Of a stretch of 64,000 nt of DNA, positions 31,527-42,465 are shown piece after piece (position 1 is the stretch's first letter; each line of letters opens with the position of its first letter). Below the pieces are notes generated by a model. That model saw only the letters and a list, made by a program, of their open reading frames with translations. It did no database searches and was not told where the DNA came from. This stretch comes from an uncultured virus (IMG/VR IMGVR_UViG_3300030106_004658). Its lineage: Duplodnaviria > Heunggongvirae > Uroviricota > Caudoviricetes > Crassvirales. The stretch lies in the IMG/VR virus record IMGVR_UViG_3300030106_004658; one strand, 5' to 3'. Made by a program: the position numbers and the translations under genes.

Positions 31527-32378
31527 TTAGTTTAATCTTTTTTCTATATTTGAGTATATTTCCATACCTTCATCAGTTTTAAACCAAGCGGCTAATGCTG
31601 AATATGGATGTTCATCAAAAGGAACGGTCATTAATTTTCTACCAGTACTACCCCAAGTAAAAGTTCTTTGATCCGGTGAAAGCTTTATGAGTTTAGCTTC
31701 AACAGCTTTTATACCAAAGTTCCTTAACTGAACATTATCATCTTTAGCTAATTCTAAGAATAATTTAGGATTTTTTCTTGCAAATAGCAATAAATCTCTT
31801 TTAAGCTCTTTAGAACCTAAGTTATTTACCTTAGATCCAACTTCTGCCCTTAGTATAGCTTCAGCTAAATCAATGTCCATTTCTTTAGCAACTTGAAGCG
31901 CTTCAACCTCAAACTCTAACCAGTCTAATTCATTTTCAGCTATCTGAACAGGTTTATGTTCATAAAACAACTTATCTCTATGAGGGTGATAAAGTGATAA
32001 AAATTTCTGTAGTGTTGTTTTTTCTTTTTCTACGAAAAGAGTTCCACTTCTAAATATAATATGCTCTAATCTTTGCTCTCCTTTCATTTCGTCAACAAAA
32101 CAAGTTCTTTGATTTTGACAGTACTTTAACTCTCTTTCATATCCTTTTTCTTCGTCAAAGTAATAAATATTAGCAGACTTTATAGATCTTGATAAAGGCT
32201 TATTTTTACCTTTTAAATAATAAATTCTATTTTTTATTTCCCAAGTATCTTTTTGTTTAGCTTTTGCTTTAGAAGTTTCGACCTTAGGTTGTTTTTCTAC
32301 AACCGGCTGTTCTTCAACAATAACTGTTTCTTCAACTACAGGTTCTTCAACCTTAGTTTCTTTTTTCTTTTTTGCCAT
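31527..32378 (-). CDS. Conserved protein downstream of the major capsid gene
   Basis: Context; charged N-terminal tail. Confidence 0.55.
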   Translation of the reverse strand: MAKKKKETKVEEPVVEETVIVEEQPVVEKQPKVETSKAKAKQKDTWEIKNRIYYLKGKNKPLSRSIKSANIYYFDEEKGYERELKYCQNQRTCFVDEMKGEQRLEHIIFRSGTLFVEKEKTTLQKFLSLYHPHRDKLFYEHKPVQIAENELDWLEFEVEALQVAKEMDIDLAEAILRAEVGSKVNNLGSKELKRDLLLFARKNPKLFLELAKDDNVQLRNFGIKAVEAKLIKLSPDQRTFTWGSTGRKLMTVPFDEHPYSALAAWFKTDEGMEIYSNIEKRLN

Positions 32379-32401
32379 AATATAATATAATAAAAATTAA
32401 T

Positions 32402-32435
32402 AAAAATATAAGGGCGATACTAGACCGCCCTTATA
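32402..32435 (-). terminator. Intrinsic terminator after the major capsid gene
   Basis: TATAAGGGCG/CGCCCTTATA hairpin followed by T's on the minus strand. Confidence 0.75.
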
Positions 32436-32447
32436 ATAAATAGTGTC

Positions 32448-33971
32448 TTACTTCATTAACATAAAGTTGTTTGCACCTTGCGTGATCAAACATCTTTCTG
32501 ATAACATATGTAATTGCATTGCATCAAGCGCTGATGTTGCAGCTCCAACAGAACCTGTAACCCAAGTTTTCATTCTTCGGTCATCAGTTGCAGAAGCTCT
32601 ATATCTAACATGTAAAAATGGTCTTTTTAGGTTTTTACCTAAATTTTGATCATACACAGTAGATACACCAGCTGGAATCATAACACCTCTAATAGCGCTA
32701 GCTCCAGCAGCTTCATTAATACCACCTCTTGTAGCTCTATCATTTAAATATCTGAAGTCAGATTTATAGAAGTCATAAGAACCTCTTCTAAATCCTGAGA
32801 AACCTAAATTTAATGCCATATCTTCGTCGTTGTCAAATACTCCATAAGAAGTACCTCCAGCTCCGTAAGAATTCATTGAAGCAAGCATATCGTCAATAGC
32901 TAAACTAGTAGCTCTGTTTACAAACATCATGTATTCTTCAATAGCACCTTGTTTGTCAAACTCAGCTAAAATAGCATCGAACTCAGCTAAATCAGTAGCA
33001 GCATTAACACCAGTTACACCTGAAGTTAAGTTACCTCTTGATTCAATAGCAGCAAATAAACCTTCTGTACCAGCTTGATTACCATCACCACCTAAAATTA
33101 AATCAGCATCATTAGCAGCACCCGTTGCACCACCAGCTTTAACACCTTCAATCATTGACATTTCTAAGTAATCAGTGAATCTAGCTCTTGTGTCAGCTTC
33201 AGCTTTTAAGTACCAAAGATAACCCGATTGTCCGTTTTCAGAAGAAACCTCTACCCAACCAATTCTAGACGCATCAGATCCTGATACTTCGTAGTAATCT
33301 TTTAAAATAATTGGTTTATTGCTAAAAGTTTGGAATTTAGGTTCATTAGCACCTCTTTGATCTGTAGCTGTACCATAAGCACCAGCGTCAGTATAACCAT
33401 CAGCCGTTAAATATGATCTACCTTTTTCAAACTCAGAACCATAAACTAATATAGTACAGTTGTCAGTTCCATCAGCTATAACAGAATCGTTTGCATCGTA
33501 AGGTACAACCTCAATGTTTGTTGAACCAGCAGACGCTTGAGTAACGATACCTTTAAATGTTTGACCAGTTCCACCAGCAACAATAACAGTATCGTTTACA
33601 CGTATACCATGGTTAGTTGTTGGATCTTGGCCATCCATATCAGTTAATATTTCTATCTCACAACCAGGATTGTCACCGCCAATTCCTTGGTCAGCATCAA
33701 TCATAGAACATTTATAAGATAGGTGTAAACGACCTTGCTCAGACCAAACAACTTGGTCAGAGGTCATCGCTTCTTCTGCTCCAACTTGTGCTAAAAAACC
33801 TGATATAGTTCTCGGTCCGAAAACTTCAGCTTCTTTTTCCATTAAGTCAGGCAGGTATTGTTGAGCCCACGTTGTATCCGTAGTACCCGTAAAATCTAGA
33901 TAATTTGAATTAAGTGCTTGCTTTTGTGGAGCAGGTACACTATTCAAACTACCTCCCGCAGTAATTGCCAT
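32448..33971 (-). CDS. Major capsid protein
   Basis: 507 aa, after portal and scaffold, followed by a terminator; WSEQGRLH and LGFSGFRRG motifs. Confidence 0.85.
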   Translation of the reverse strand: MAITAGGSLNSVPAPQKQALNSNYLDFTGTTDTTWAQQYLPDLMEKEAEVFGPRTISGFLAQVGAEEAMTSDQVVWSEQGRLHLSYKCSMIDADQGIGGDNPGCEIEILTDMDGQDPTTNHGIRVNDTVIVAGGTGQTFKGIVTQASAGSTNIEVVPYDANDSVIADGTDNCTILVYGSEFEKGRSYLTADGYTDAGAYGTATDQRGANEPKFQTFSNKPIILKDYYEVSGSDASRIGWVEVSSENGQSGYLWYLKAEADTRARFTDYLEMSMIEGVKAGGATGAANDADLILGGDGNQAGTEGLFAAIESRGNLTSGVTGVNAATDLAEFDAILAEFDKQGAIEEYMMFVNRATSLAIDDMLASMNSYGAGGTSYGVFDNDEDMALNLGFSGFRRGSYDFYKSDFRYLNDRATRGGINEAAGASAIRGVMIPAGVSTVYDQNLGKNLKRPFLHVRYRASATDDRRMKTWVTGSVGAATSALDAMQLHMLSERCLITQGANNFMLMK

Positions 33972-33991
33972 AATATATTTTTTTTAAATTG

Positions 33992-35155
33992 TTAATTCTT
34001 CTTTTTAATCTTAAAAGATCTATTTTTTATTTCAGAAGAAGATTGACCTAGAACTCTATACTTAACACCATCAACGTTAGTTTCACCGTGTGTTTTTCTA
34101 GGGTCTAGATTTATATTTTTATCTTTAGCAACTTGGTTTTTAATCGCATCTGCTCTACCTTGCTCGTAAAAATGCTTAGCAATAGCATCTGGATTCATAG
34201 CCGTGTATAAAGATTTATGATAACCCGCTGCATCTTCAATAGTTGATTTATCTTCACCAACAAACTTGTTGAGGAAATTATTGATATCACTTTGAGTTGT
34301 CTTTACTTTATCAACATCTTTAACGTTAAACCTGTATTTTTTATCTCCGACATTGTATTCAAAACCTTTGAAATCTTGTCCAAAGAAACTATCAGTCTTA
34401 TTTAAAAATGTTCTCTTGCTTTTTTTAGATAACTTTTCCTGACTTTTTTGATCTTCATTGTATTTATGATAAAAATTAATAGCTTCTTGTTGTTCACTGG
34501 TCAACTTTGACCCAGCTTTAATTTCATCATAGTATTTAGACTTTTGCCTGTCTAAGTAGGCTCTAGCCTCGGCAACTTGCTCTTTAAGGGCTATTTTCTT
34601 TTTTCGTATTGTTTTATTATCATCAATATCCTCATCTATACCAAATGTATCTTCTAGTAAAAAGCTTCTTTCTTCTGGTGATAAATGAGATTTTGTTTCT
34701 CTATAATATTCATCTAATACTTCAGAGTCGTCCATTTTAGAAACGTCTCTATTTAAATTAACGTAGTCTTTTATGTCGCCACCTGTTTCTTCCATAAAAT
34801 CTACAAGCTTCTGAATGTTTTCAGGTAAAGGTTTTCCAGTGGCAATAGATTCTTCCACAGCTTCCTCAACAATATCTTCAACTTTTTCAATTTTTTCTTC
34901 TTCAGAAACTTCATCAATAATTTCTTCTAGTACAGGTTGTTCTACAGTTTCCTCGACTACGTCCACCTTTTCTTCTTCAGCGGGTTGTTCTTTAACCTCT
35001 TCGCTTTCTTGAACTGGTGGTTTGCTTAAATCAATCTTAATAATACTGTCATCACCAGCACTTTCAAATTTTGATTCATCTAATTTATTTTCAACAACCT
35101 CTTCTTTTGGTTGTTCGGTAACTTCTTCGAGCACCTCTTTATTTTCTTCTGTCAT
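33992..35155 (-). CDS. Capsid scaffolding protein
   Basis: Very acidic N-terminus; between portal and capsid genes. Confidence 0.7.
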   Translation of the reverse strand: MTEENKEVLEEVTEQPKEEVVENKLDESKFESAGDDSIIKIDLSKPPVQESEEVKEQPAEEEKVDVVEETVEQPVLEEIIDEVSEEEKIEKVEDIVEEAVEESIATGKPLPENIQKLVDFMEETGGDIKDYVNLNRDVSKMDDSEVLDEYYRETKSHLSPEERSFLLEDTFGIDEDIDDNKTIRKKKIALKEQVAEARAYLDRQKSKYYDEIKAGSKLTSEQQEAINFYHKYNEDQKSQEKLSKKSKRTFLNKTDSFFGQDFKGFEYNVGDKKYRFNVKDVDKVKTTQSDINNFLNKFVGEDKSTIEDAAGYHKSLYTAMNPDAIAKHFYEQGRADAIKNQVAKDKNINLDPRKTHGETNVDGVKYRVLGQSSSEIKNRSFKIKKKN

Positions 35156-35187
35156 AATAAAATTTTATAAAATATTAAAAATTAGGA

Positions 35188-37584
35188 TTAAAACCTTTCA
35201 ATACCGGCTCCTCCCGTAATTATATCATTACCTGATGATTCAAATTTATTAAGTGAATCACCCTGTTTTCTTTGCTCTATCATATCTTTTTGATGTGCAG
35301 CTTGTCTATCAACTCTTTGATCTTTTCTATCTTCCCTCATTTTTTCGTTACTAGAAGCAACTTGTCTTTCCATAGCTTTTAACTTAGAGTTTAGTTCAAA
35401 CTCAAATTGCATTAATTCTTTTTTACCTTGAATTTCTTGTTGCAAATATTGTGATTTTAACGAACCTCTTGTTTGCTCTAACTGCGCTTCAGCCTGTGCC
35501 TTTGCTTGATTCTTCTGAACCTCAGCTTGTGCAGCAACTTGTTGGGTCTGAGCATTTGCTTGAGCTTGCGCTTGTATATTTGCTTGTTGAATCTTTTGAT
35601 CTCGTTCTAATTTCTTTTTTCTTTTAACCTTAAGTAATTGATTAGCTAACTTAACACTTCTTATTTCACGAAGATCAATAGCATCGTCTAAATCTATTGA
35701 CTGTTGTTGAAGAGCTACTTGTATGTTGTTTTCAAGTATAGCTTTCTCTTCATCGTCTGGTAATAACTCTATAAATATACCAAAGTCATAAAGATGCAAA
35801 TCTTTTATTTCTTCTAATGTAGCAACATTATGCACACCAACAGCTCTAATAAAAGCTTCTTTAGTTGGAGAGTATTCTATTATATCAGCTATTCTTAAGG
35901 ACATACATTCAGCGACCTCAGCCGTTAAATACAACATTGATTGCAGTATGTGTCTAGTAGCTGTGTTAGAATTTGCGGCAGCTAATTTTTGAACACCAAC
36001 TAAAGCCTTAGGATCTGGAGTACTACCATCTCTAGCTTCATTTAATCCGGTTACGTCTCTTATCATTTGTAGATAATAGTTGTAAGCAGTAATCAAACTT
36101 TGTATTTTATTTCCACCTGCACCGTTTTGTATTTGTTGAATTGGTATTTTACCAGGATTCATATCACCATCTGAAGTAAAACTTCTACCAATAACACTAC
36201 CAGTTTGGAAGAACATATTTAAAGCTTCTTGTGGATTATAGTTTGTTCCGTTACCTAAATCTATTTCAGCTAATCCATCGGCATCTAAATAAACACCATC
36301 TGGCACCATTCTTGCCATTACTTGTTGTAGCTTTAAATGAGTTAATTGAATCATATCAGCAAAACCTGTAACTCTACTAACTAATGATTCAATTTTACCC
36401 CTATACATCTTTGGAGAAACAATTTGATAATTCATTTTAACTCTACTAAAATCAGAGTCTGACCTCATCATGTTATCACACATCTTCCATTTTAATAACC
36501 TGTTTGCTCCAACTAAATAAACACCTTCATATACAACTTCAACAACTCTTTCTAATCTACTAAAATCTCCATCCATATTTTCTACTGGAGGATTAAATGT
36601 GTCATCTTTTTCTATAATTTTTTCAGCACCGCTACCTAATGTTTTTAACTTATAAACATTATTCATGTGCGTTTTATAATTAAAATATAACACCTCTACT
36701 TTATTTTTATCAGATGTTTTTTTGTATTTAATTCTACTATAAGCACTTGAACCAGCGTAATCAGTTATTTCTTTTATTTCTGATTCTGTTAATTCAGGAA
36801 ATTCTTTAACCAACTCATTTATAGGTAATTCTTTAACTTCTCCCACGTAATATATATCATCAAAATACGGTGACTCAGTATGTGAATAAACTAAGTTAGC
36901 TGGATCAATATATTTTATTGAAGCTCCATTAGCAAAATCAAACGTTGTTTTTGTTGCACCTATACCTATTACCGTTAAATCTTCTAAACATCTTTTTCTA
37001 ATTAAATCATAATCACTACCTTCCATTAAAACGTTGATTGCTTGCTCCTGTGCTATTTCTACAGCTTGCTTGTAATTTAACTGCATGTGTAGTTTTAGCT
37101 CTTCTTCAGTGTCTGGTAATTGTTCTTTATCATTTTCGTATAAGTCAATATCGAACTTTAATTTAGCTTGATCATTAAATTCTTTAGACTTTATATCTCT
37201 CAACATAGACTCCATGTATTCAGTTCTTTTGCTAATACCATATTGATCTTGAGAAAATGCGTTTATATCAAATGTTCTTTGGGACATACCGTTTACAACA
37301 ATGTCAACAAACTTAGGTATTATTGGTACTGGCTTCCAATCTAAATTTAAGTAAGATAAATCACCATTTATTGATAATTCGTTTTTATATTTTTGTATTG
37401 ATTGTTCTCCCCTAGCGTATAGTCTTAATTTATGAAACTCATTTATTTGAGTACTAAACTTTGAAGTAGCTTCAGCAAACCATTCGTTTCTTATAGCTTG
37501 TGCAACCTGCAGGCCATATTTTTCACTAAGCTTTTCTAAATCACTAACCGCTTGAGACGGAAAATTTACAACAGAATCTATCAT
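35188..37584 (-). CDS. Portal protein
   Basis: 798 aa directly after TerL; PIIPKFVDIVVNG motif; Q-rich coiled-coil C-terminus. Confidence 0.85.
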   Translation of the reverse strand: MIDSVVNFPSQAVSDLEKLSEKYGLQVAQAIRNEWFAEATSKFSTQINEFHKLRLYARGEQSIQKYKNELSINGDLSYLNLDWKPVPIIPKFVDIVVNGMSQRTFDINAFSQDQYGISKRTEYMESMLRDIKSKEFNDQAKLKFDIDLYENDKEQLPDTEEELKLHMQLNYKQAVEIAQEQAINVLMEGSDYDLIRKRCLEDLTVIGIGATKTTFDFANGASIKYIDPANLVYSHTESPYFDDIYYVGEVKELPINELVKEFPELTESEIKEITDYAGSSAYSRIKYKKTSDKNKVEVLYFNYKTHMNNVYKLKTLGSGAEKIIEKDDTFNPPVENMDGDFSRLERVVEVVYEGVYLVGANRLLKWKMCDNMMRSDSDFSRVKMNYQIVSPKMYRGKIESLVSRVTGFADMIQLTHLKLQQVMARMVPDGVYLDADGLAEIDLGNGTNYNPQEALNMFFQTGSVIGRSFTSDGDMNPGKIPIQQIQNGAGGNKIQSLITAYNYYLQMIRDVTGLNEARDGSTPDPKALVGVQKLAAANSNTATRHILQSMLYLTAEVAECMSLRIADIIEYSPTKEAFIRAVGVHNVATLEEIKDLHLYDFGIFIELLPDDEEKAILENNIQVALQQQSIDLDDAIDLREIRSVKLANQLLKVKRKKKLERDQKIQQANIQAQAQANAQTQQVAAQAEVQKNQAKAQAEAQLEQTRGSLKSQYLQQEIQGKKELMQFEFELNSKLKAMERQVASSNEKMREDRKDQRVDRQAAHQKDMIEQRKQGDSLNKFESSGNDIITGGAGIERF

Positions 37585-39830
37585 ATCTTTTGTTTAATTA
37601 TTCTTGAGGAAAATCCTTTATTATTATATTTTGATATACTTAAGTTTAATGGTTTTCTTTCGTTTTTTGGATTTGGTCTATATAAGTGTCGATTACAAGC
37701 CATTATAGCCAATCCAGTACTTATTGACGCATCGTGCTTTGTTCTTTTATTTATATCAAACTTAGCCCAGTCATTCAGCGCTTCATTGAAATACATGGTG
37801 CCATAGGTTCCATCTTCTAGCAAACCAACATGATCGTTGATGTACATTTCAATAGCAGCAGCATGCGCTTGTTTTATGTCTTCACTTGAGTTAGGTATTC
37901 CACCAACTTCTTTTTCTGCAACAGATAATTTGTTCCAAACCTTATCAGGTCTATTCATACTAAAACCCCTATAACCTCTTCTTCTAAGGTAATACAAAAG
38001 TCTAGGTTTATTATTCTCCGCTAACAATGGCATGCCATAAAATACTAGTGCCATTAAAATATCTTCAAAAAATATCTCAGCTGTTTGCGGTCTTGCTATA
38101 TATTCTAAAAAGAAAGTATTAGCTGGCGCATCTTCCATAGAAAACTTTGTTAAACCATGCAAAGCACCTTTTGAGCCTTTGTTATCTACTGTGCCTGATA
38201 TATCATATGAGTCACAGCCGAAAGCCCCCATATGTTCATTGCCTGGGTATTTTGATCCATTTTTAATAACCACGTTATTTTGTAATTCTAAACTTGGTAC
38301 CCAGCTAACTTTAAATCTACCGTTAGGATCTGGATTAAACGTAACTCTTGTGTCTTTAACTCCGTTGGTCCATTGAAAGTTTCCAACTGTTAATACTGAT
38401 GAGTTTCTATTGCCTTCATTGTAATCTATTTGCTCGTATATTTTAACCAAATTAAATATGCTATTTTTAGTTTCGTCTCTAAAAGCATGCTCTTCAGTTC
38501 TTGGAAACTGACGGTAAAATTCATTTAAAGCGTCTTGATCGTCTTTAAGTCCTTCTGCTTCATTATTCCAATGATCTATTACACCATAGTCTATTTCTAC
38601 TCCTTGTGGATCAAATGTTTCTGTTTCAGGAGTATTAAACACGGGTTGTCCATACTCGTCAATAAATCCTTCGTAGTTCCATTCCATAGGGATAAACAAA
38701 GAATATAATCCTGACTTAGTCTGTCCATTACGATTTCTTTTTGTAACATCCGAATTGTTGTATAAGTTTTTAAAATTATCTCCTCCTTTATCTAACGCAT
38801 TTGATGTACTTCCCATCATACACTTACCTATAATTCTACTACCTAATCGTAAACAGGTTTTTGTTACTCTCCAGTTATTTTTTATATTATCAGGTCTTTC
38901 CCACTTACCACTTTCATCATGAACCAATAAAGATAGTTTTTCACCGTCATAACTATTATCACCTGTGTTTTTCCAGTCTATAGTTGTGTCTAATCCTTCC
39001 ATATCGTCCTGCTCTTCACGCTCCCTCATTTTTTTACGAGTAAACTTTTTTGCTGGCACCCTGTAAGCAAGTTCGGACTTTGGCCGGTCCATACCGTCCT
39101 GTATTGGCTTGAAGAAGAAAGGGTAATTTAAACTAATCGGTACTACCTTGTCGGTAAACATTTTTTTTGCGTCTGCACCAGTTTTAGATAATATACCAAA
39201 TCTACTATCACTAGCTAATGTAGCTTGATGAACTGTTTCGGCTGAACTCATAAATGAAAATCCGGAACGTCTATTTTTTAAATAACACATACCGTAACTT
39301 CTATTATCTGCTTTACAAGCTTCCCAAAATATAAAAAATAATCTATTAGCTTCTCTATAATCTGGAGCACCAACATCTATTTTACTCCACTGTAAGTACA
39401 TATAATGCGTACCTGTTATGTATGTTGGTTTACCGTTATTCATGAACCAAAACCCTTCTTCTCTTCTTCTAAACTCTTCATCTATATATCCATAGTGTTT
39501 TTCTTTAAAATCATCTGGATAATCTTGCCAGTCAAAAACAGTTTTAATTCTTTTAAAATCAGGATTAGTTGGAAACTGCTTCCATTTTTGTTCTGATTTA
39601 ATTCTACTATAAGAGTGTATTTCTTTTGGTTGTTTAGGTAAAGCTATTTGAAATCCTTGTATTTCTAGCACATCACCTATCATACCAGTTTTTGATATTA
39701 CTACAATATCATTTTCTTTATTGTAACCGTATTTCCATTTTTTAGATTTATTTAATCTTTTAATGGTATTAAGTTTTACAGGTTTTACAATTTTATATAA
39801 TGTTTGTTGGTAGTTATTTTTCATATTCAT
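37581..39830 (-). CDS. terL: Terminase large subunit
   Basis: KNRRSGFS Walker A, LLVHDESGK Walker B, GCDSYD nuclease motif. Confidence 0.9.
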   Translation of the reverse strand: MNMKNNYQQTLYKIVKPVKLNTIKRLNKSKKWKYGYNKENDIVVISKTGMIGDVLEIQGFQIALPKQPKEIHSYSRIKSEQKWKQFPTNPDFKRIKTVFDWQDYPDDFKEKHYGYIDEEFRRREEGFWFMNNGKPTYITGTHYMYLQWSKIDVGAPDYREANRLFFIFWEACKADNRSYGMCYLKNRRSGFSFMSSAETVHQATLASDSRFGILSKTGADAKKMFTDKVVPISLNYPFFFKPIQDGMDRPKSELAYRVPAKKFTRKKMREREEQDDMEGLDTTIDWKNTGDNSYDGEKLSLLVHDESGKWERPDNIKNNWRVTKTCLRLGSRIIGKCMMGSTSNALDKGGDNFKNLYNNSDVTKRNRNGQTKSGLYSLFIPMEWNYEGFIDEYGQPVFNTPETETFDPQGVEIDYGVIDHWNNEAEGLKDDQDALNEFYRQFPRTEEHAFRDETKNSIFNLVKIYEQIDYNEGNRNSSVLTVGNFQWTNGVKDTRVTFNPDPNGRFKVSWVPSLELQNNVVIKNGSKYPGNEHMGAFGCDSYDISGTVDNKGSKGALHGLTKFSMEDAPANTFFLEYIARPQTAEIFFEDILMALVFYGMPLLAENNKPRLLYYLRRRGYRGFSMNRPDKVWNKLSVAEKEVGGIPNSSEDIKQAHAAAIEMYINDHVGLLEDGTYGTMYFNEALNDWAKFDINKRTKHDASISTGLAIMACNRHLYRPNPKNERKPLNLSISKYNNKGFSSRIIKQKI

Positions 39831-40107
39831 CTACGTCTATTTTAAAACTACTATCTAAACCTTCTTTGTCTATCAGAATATGACAAGCTCTAGTATTTTG
39901 TTTGTAAAACTCTTTCTTACTTATTTTGAACTTAAAGTGCTTGTCAAACATTTTATCAACCCTGCATTGTTCTGGTCTTGTTTCGTATATAGAGCAACTG
40001 TTTGTTTTTCTATTTAGGTTCATACAAACACCATTTTCATCATGTGGTAATCCGCTTCCTATTACATTTCTACAACAAGCTCCGCATTGTGAGCATAAAA
40101 AATTCAT
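39814..40107 (-). CDS. YkgJ-family (CxxCxxCC) cysteine-cluster protein
   Basis: CSQCGACC...C...CSIYETRPEQCR. Confidence 0.8.
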   Translation of the reverse strand: MNFLCSQCGACCRNVIGSGLPHDENGVCMNLNRKTNSCSIYETRPEQCRVDKMFDKHFKFKISKKEFYKQNTRACHILIDKEGLDSSFKIDVDEYEK

Positions 40108-40382
40108 TACTTAGATCTTCCTTCAGCAAATCCTTTAAACGTTGTCTTTTTTTCTTCTTCTATAGGCTTACCTTCTAGCATAGCCTCTTCTTCGTGGATT
40201 CTGTTTAATATTTCAAACGCATCGAATATAGCTAACTTTTTTGTAGCTGCAGCATTCTTTAATCTATCAGCTGATATATCTTCGTCTGAATCAACTATTT
40301 CTTCTCTAGCTACTTTAATTAGTTCTTCAACTGCTTTATGTCCAGCTTGGATTATATTCTTCTTCGTTTCCTTGATATTCAT
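40107..40382 (-). CDS. Putative terminase small subunit
   Basis: Small helical protein upstream of TerL. Confidence 0.45.
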   Translation of the reverse strand: MNIKETKKNIIQAGHKAVEELIKVAREEIVDSDEDISADRLKNAAATKKLAIFDAFEILNRIHEEEAMLEGKPIEEEKKTTFKGFAEGRSK

Positions 40383-40905
40383 ATTTAATTGTAATAAATT
40401 TATTTAAAACTCTATATAATCTTTTATTATCAATAATAAATTCATATTCACTATTTGGCGTAAAACCAACTAAAGTATTTAAATCGTAAGTACCGTCTGT
40501 ATACTTTATAATGCCTATTAAAGGTTTTTCTGGGTTATCAGTAAGTTTATTGTTAGATTTTATTGGTTGAACAAAACTATAACCAGGCATAGCTTTACCG
40601 TTATATAAAAATATTTGATCTTCTGATATTATATATTTATTGTCTCTCCAATAAGATCTACTATTTTTCTCTCTACCCTTAACATCGTGCCATCTTCTAA
40701 ATACATTGTGGTGCACTATTACCTCATCACCTACTTTTATAGGTGATTGAAATAATAGTGGAGTAGCGATAACTTTTGCTAATCTATTTACATATTGGTG
40801 GTTATAAACCTCGGTGTTTATTATTAATTCTTTTTCACCAACTTTTGTAGAATTATTATAACGACCACCTATAGGTGATACAATAAAATCTTTATAAGCT
40901 TTCAT
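40336..40905 (-). CDS. GroES-like protein (189 aa, possibly two domains)
   Basis: AKVIATP...IKVGDEVIVHH resembles the Cpn10 fold. Confidence 0.5.
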   Translation of the reverse strand: MKAYKDFIVSPIGGRYNNSTKVGEKELIINTEVYNHQYVNRLAKVIATPLLFQSPIKVGDEVIVHHNVFRRWHDVKGREKNSRSYWRDNKYIISEDQIFLYNGKAMPGYSFVQPIKSNNKLTDNPEKPLIGIIKYTDGTYDLNTLVGFTPNSEYEFIIDNKRLYRVLNKFITIKYEYQGNEEEYNPSWT

Positions 40906-41129
40906 TAGTATTCTAAGTTGTACTCAACAGATATAGCCATATTTTTATTAAAATCTTTCCAAGGTATAACAACTTTTTCTTTCTTAATATAAATAGAGTA
41001 TTTATCTTCCTCTTCTATTATATCACAAATTTTATGACCTCCATACACTTCTTGGTTAACAGCGTAGTGCATAGAGTCATTCTTGTAGTCTTTACCTATG
41101 GTGATTTTTCTGATTATATTATTTTTCAT
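40905..41129 (-). CDS. Hypothetical protein
   Basis: ORF track; overlaps neighbours. Confidence 0.55.
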   Translation of the reverse strand: MKNNIIRKITIGKDYKNDSMHYAVNQEVYGGHKICDIIEEEDKYSIYIKKEKVVIPWKDFNKNMAISVEYNLEY

Positions 41130-41397
41130 CAGAATCTTCTTTTGGCCAATTTATTGTACCATCAACAACATTAACGTCTTCACATCCGTATTCTTTTTTT
41201 AATAAATCACGAACATCAGTAACGTCTTGTTGTAATGTGCTTAACTCGTGTAATAGATTGTGCTTTTGAGTTTCAACTTTTCCAATATTAAATTGGATAC
41301 CATTGATTGTATTTACTACTTTTTGTAATTTATCAAGATGTTCTTTTGAAATCTTTTCTACCTTTGGTTTTAATTCAACCGTTTTTTCTTTTGCCAT
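41119..41397 (-). CDS. Coiled-coil hypothetical protein
   Basis: ORF track. Confidence 0.55.
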   Translation of the reverse strand: MAKEKTVELKPKVEKISKEHLDKLQKVVNTINGIQFNIGKVETQKHNLLHELSTLQQDVTDVRDLLKKEYGCEDVNVVDGTINWPKEDSDEK

Positions 41398-41435
41398 TTT
41401 TATTTAATTTTATTTAATTATTAATTATTGTTAAT

Positions 41436-41777
41436 TTAAGGACAAGCTGTTACACCTCTAACGTTACCACCGTCATCTATTTGTACGCTATGGTAAGATC
41501 TGCCATCATAAACTTTAATATGACCAGCTGTCATTTTATTATTACTTCTAGCTCTTTTACTTGCATACATTATATCACCTCGTCTTGGATCTGCAAACGC
41601 ACCATTAAAGTAATATGTTTCACTAAGTGAACCTGAGTATCCACAAGCTGCGGATCCTTGAACAGGTGAACCAGTTACAGATCTATAATCTTTTGCAATT
41701 CTACGTTCTTTTATTGCTTTAAATATTTGACCTTTATGCCTAGCGCTACTTTTACCTGAGTTATTACCTAATGCCAT
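41436..41777 (-). CDS. Hypothetical protein
   Basis: ORF track. Confidence 0.5.
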   Translation of the reverse strand: MALGNNSGKSSARHKGQIFKAIKERRIAKDYRSVTGSPVQGSAACGYSGSLSETYYFNGAFADPRRGDIMYASKRARSNNKMTAGHIKVYDGRSYHSVQIDDGGNVRGVTACP

Positions 41778-42463
41778 TATTTACCAAAATAACAAATCAT
41801 TTGACCAGTGCCATCACCAGAAAACTCCGTCCATCTACCATATATAGTTACGCCAGCAGCAATTACCATACCATCGCCATCCATACCACCAGCTCCATGA
41901 TGCTCATCTATACATATTAACATTTGACTATCAGGTGATATTCCTGCAAAAGCTGTGTTACCATGGCCTGTAAGAGTTACATTTGCTCCGTCTACCTTAG
42001 ATATTTTAACACCTCTAGCATTTGGCCCATTGTAAATAGGTATAGGTGTTTGAGCATCTATAGCTAAAGCTGGGCCATCATCTACTTGTGCATCTGCATT
42101 TGCTAATAACACAAATTGACCTTTTTTTACTTTAGCATTAGCACCAGCACTTAATGCCACTGTTGTTATATTAGAACCAGCGTTATCTGTTAAAGCTACT
42201 GACACAACACCGTTCATATTACCTACATTAGCCGCAGCTATAAGAGTGTCACCACCTGTTTCACCTATAGTAGTAAAATTTGGTCCATTAACACCTAGTT
42301 TTTCTGGTGTCATTAATGTTGGAGTGCAATTACCTGCTCCTATATTTTGAATAGCTACTATAACATGATCTTTAGGTGGAACTATTATTCTTGAAGCATC
42401 ATCTGAATAAGCACTACCTAGTTGTCCGTAATTATAAGCAGTTGCTGTTGAATTTATTCCCAT
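41777..42463 (-). CDS. Putative structural protein
   Basis: G/A-rich composition. Confidence 0.5.
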   Translation of the reverse strand: MGINSTATAYNYGQLGSAYSDDASRIIVPPKDHVIVAIQNIGAGNCTPTLMTPEKLGVNGPNFTTIGETGGDTLIAAANVGNMNGVVSVALTDNAGSNITTVALSAGANAKVKKGQFVLLANADAQVDDGPALAIDAQTPIPIYNGPNARGVKISKVDGANVTLTGHGNTAFAGISPDSQMLICIDEHHGAGGMDGDGMVIAAGVTIYGRWTEFSGDGTGQMICYFGK

Positions 42464-42465
42464 AA

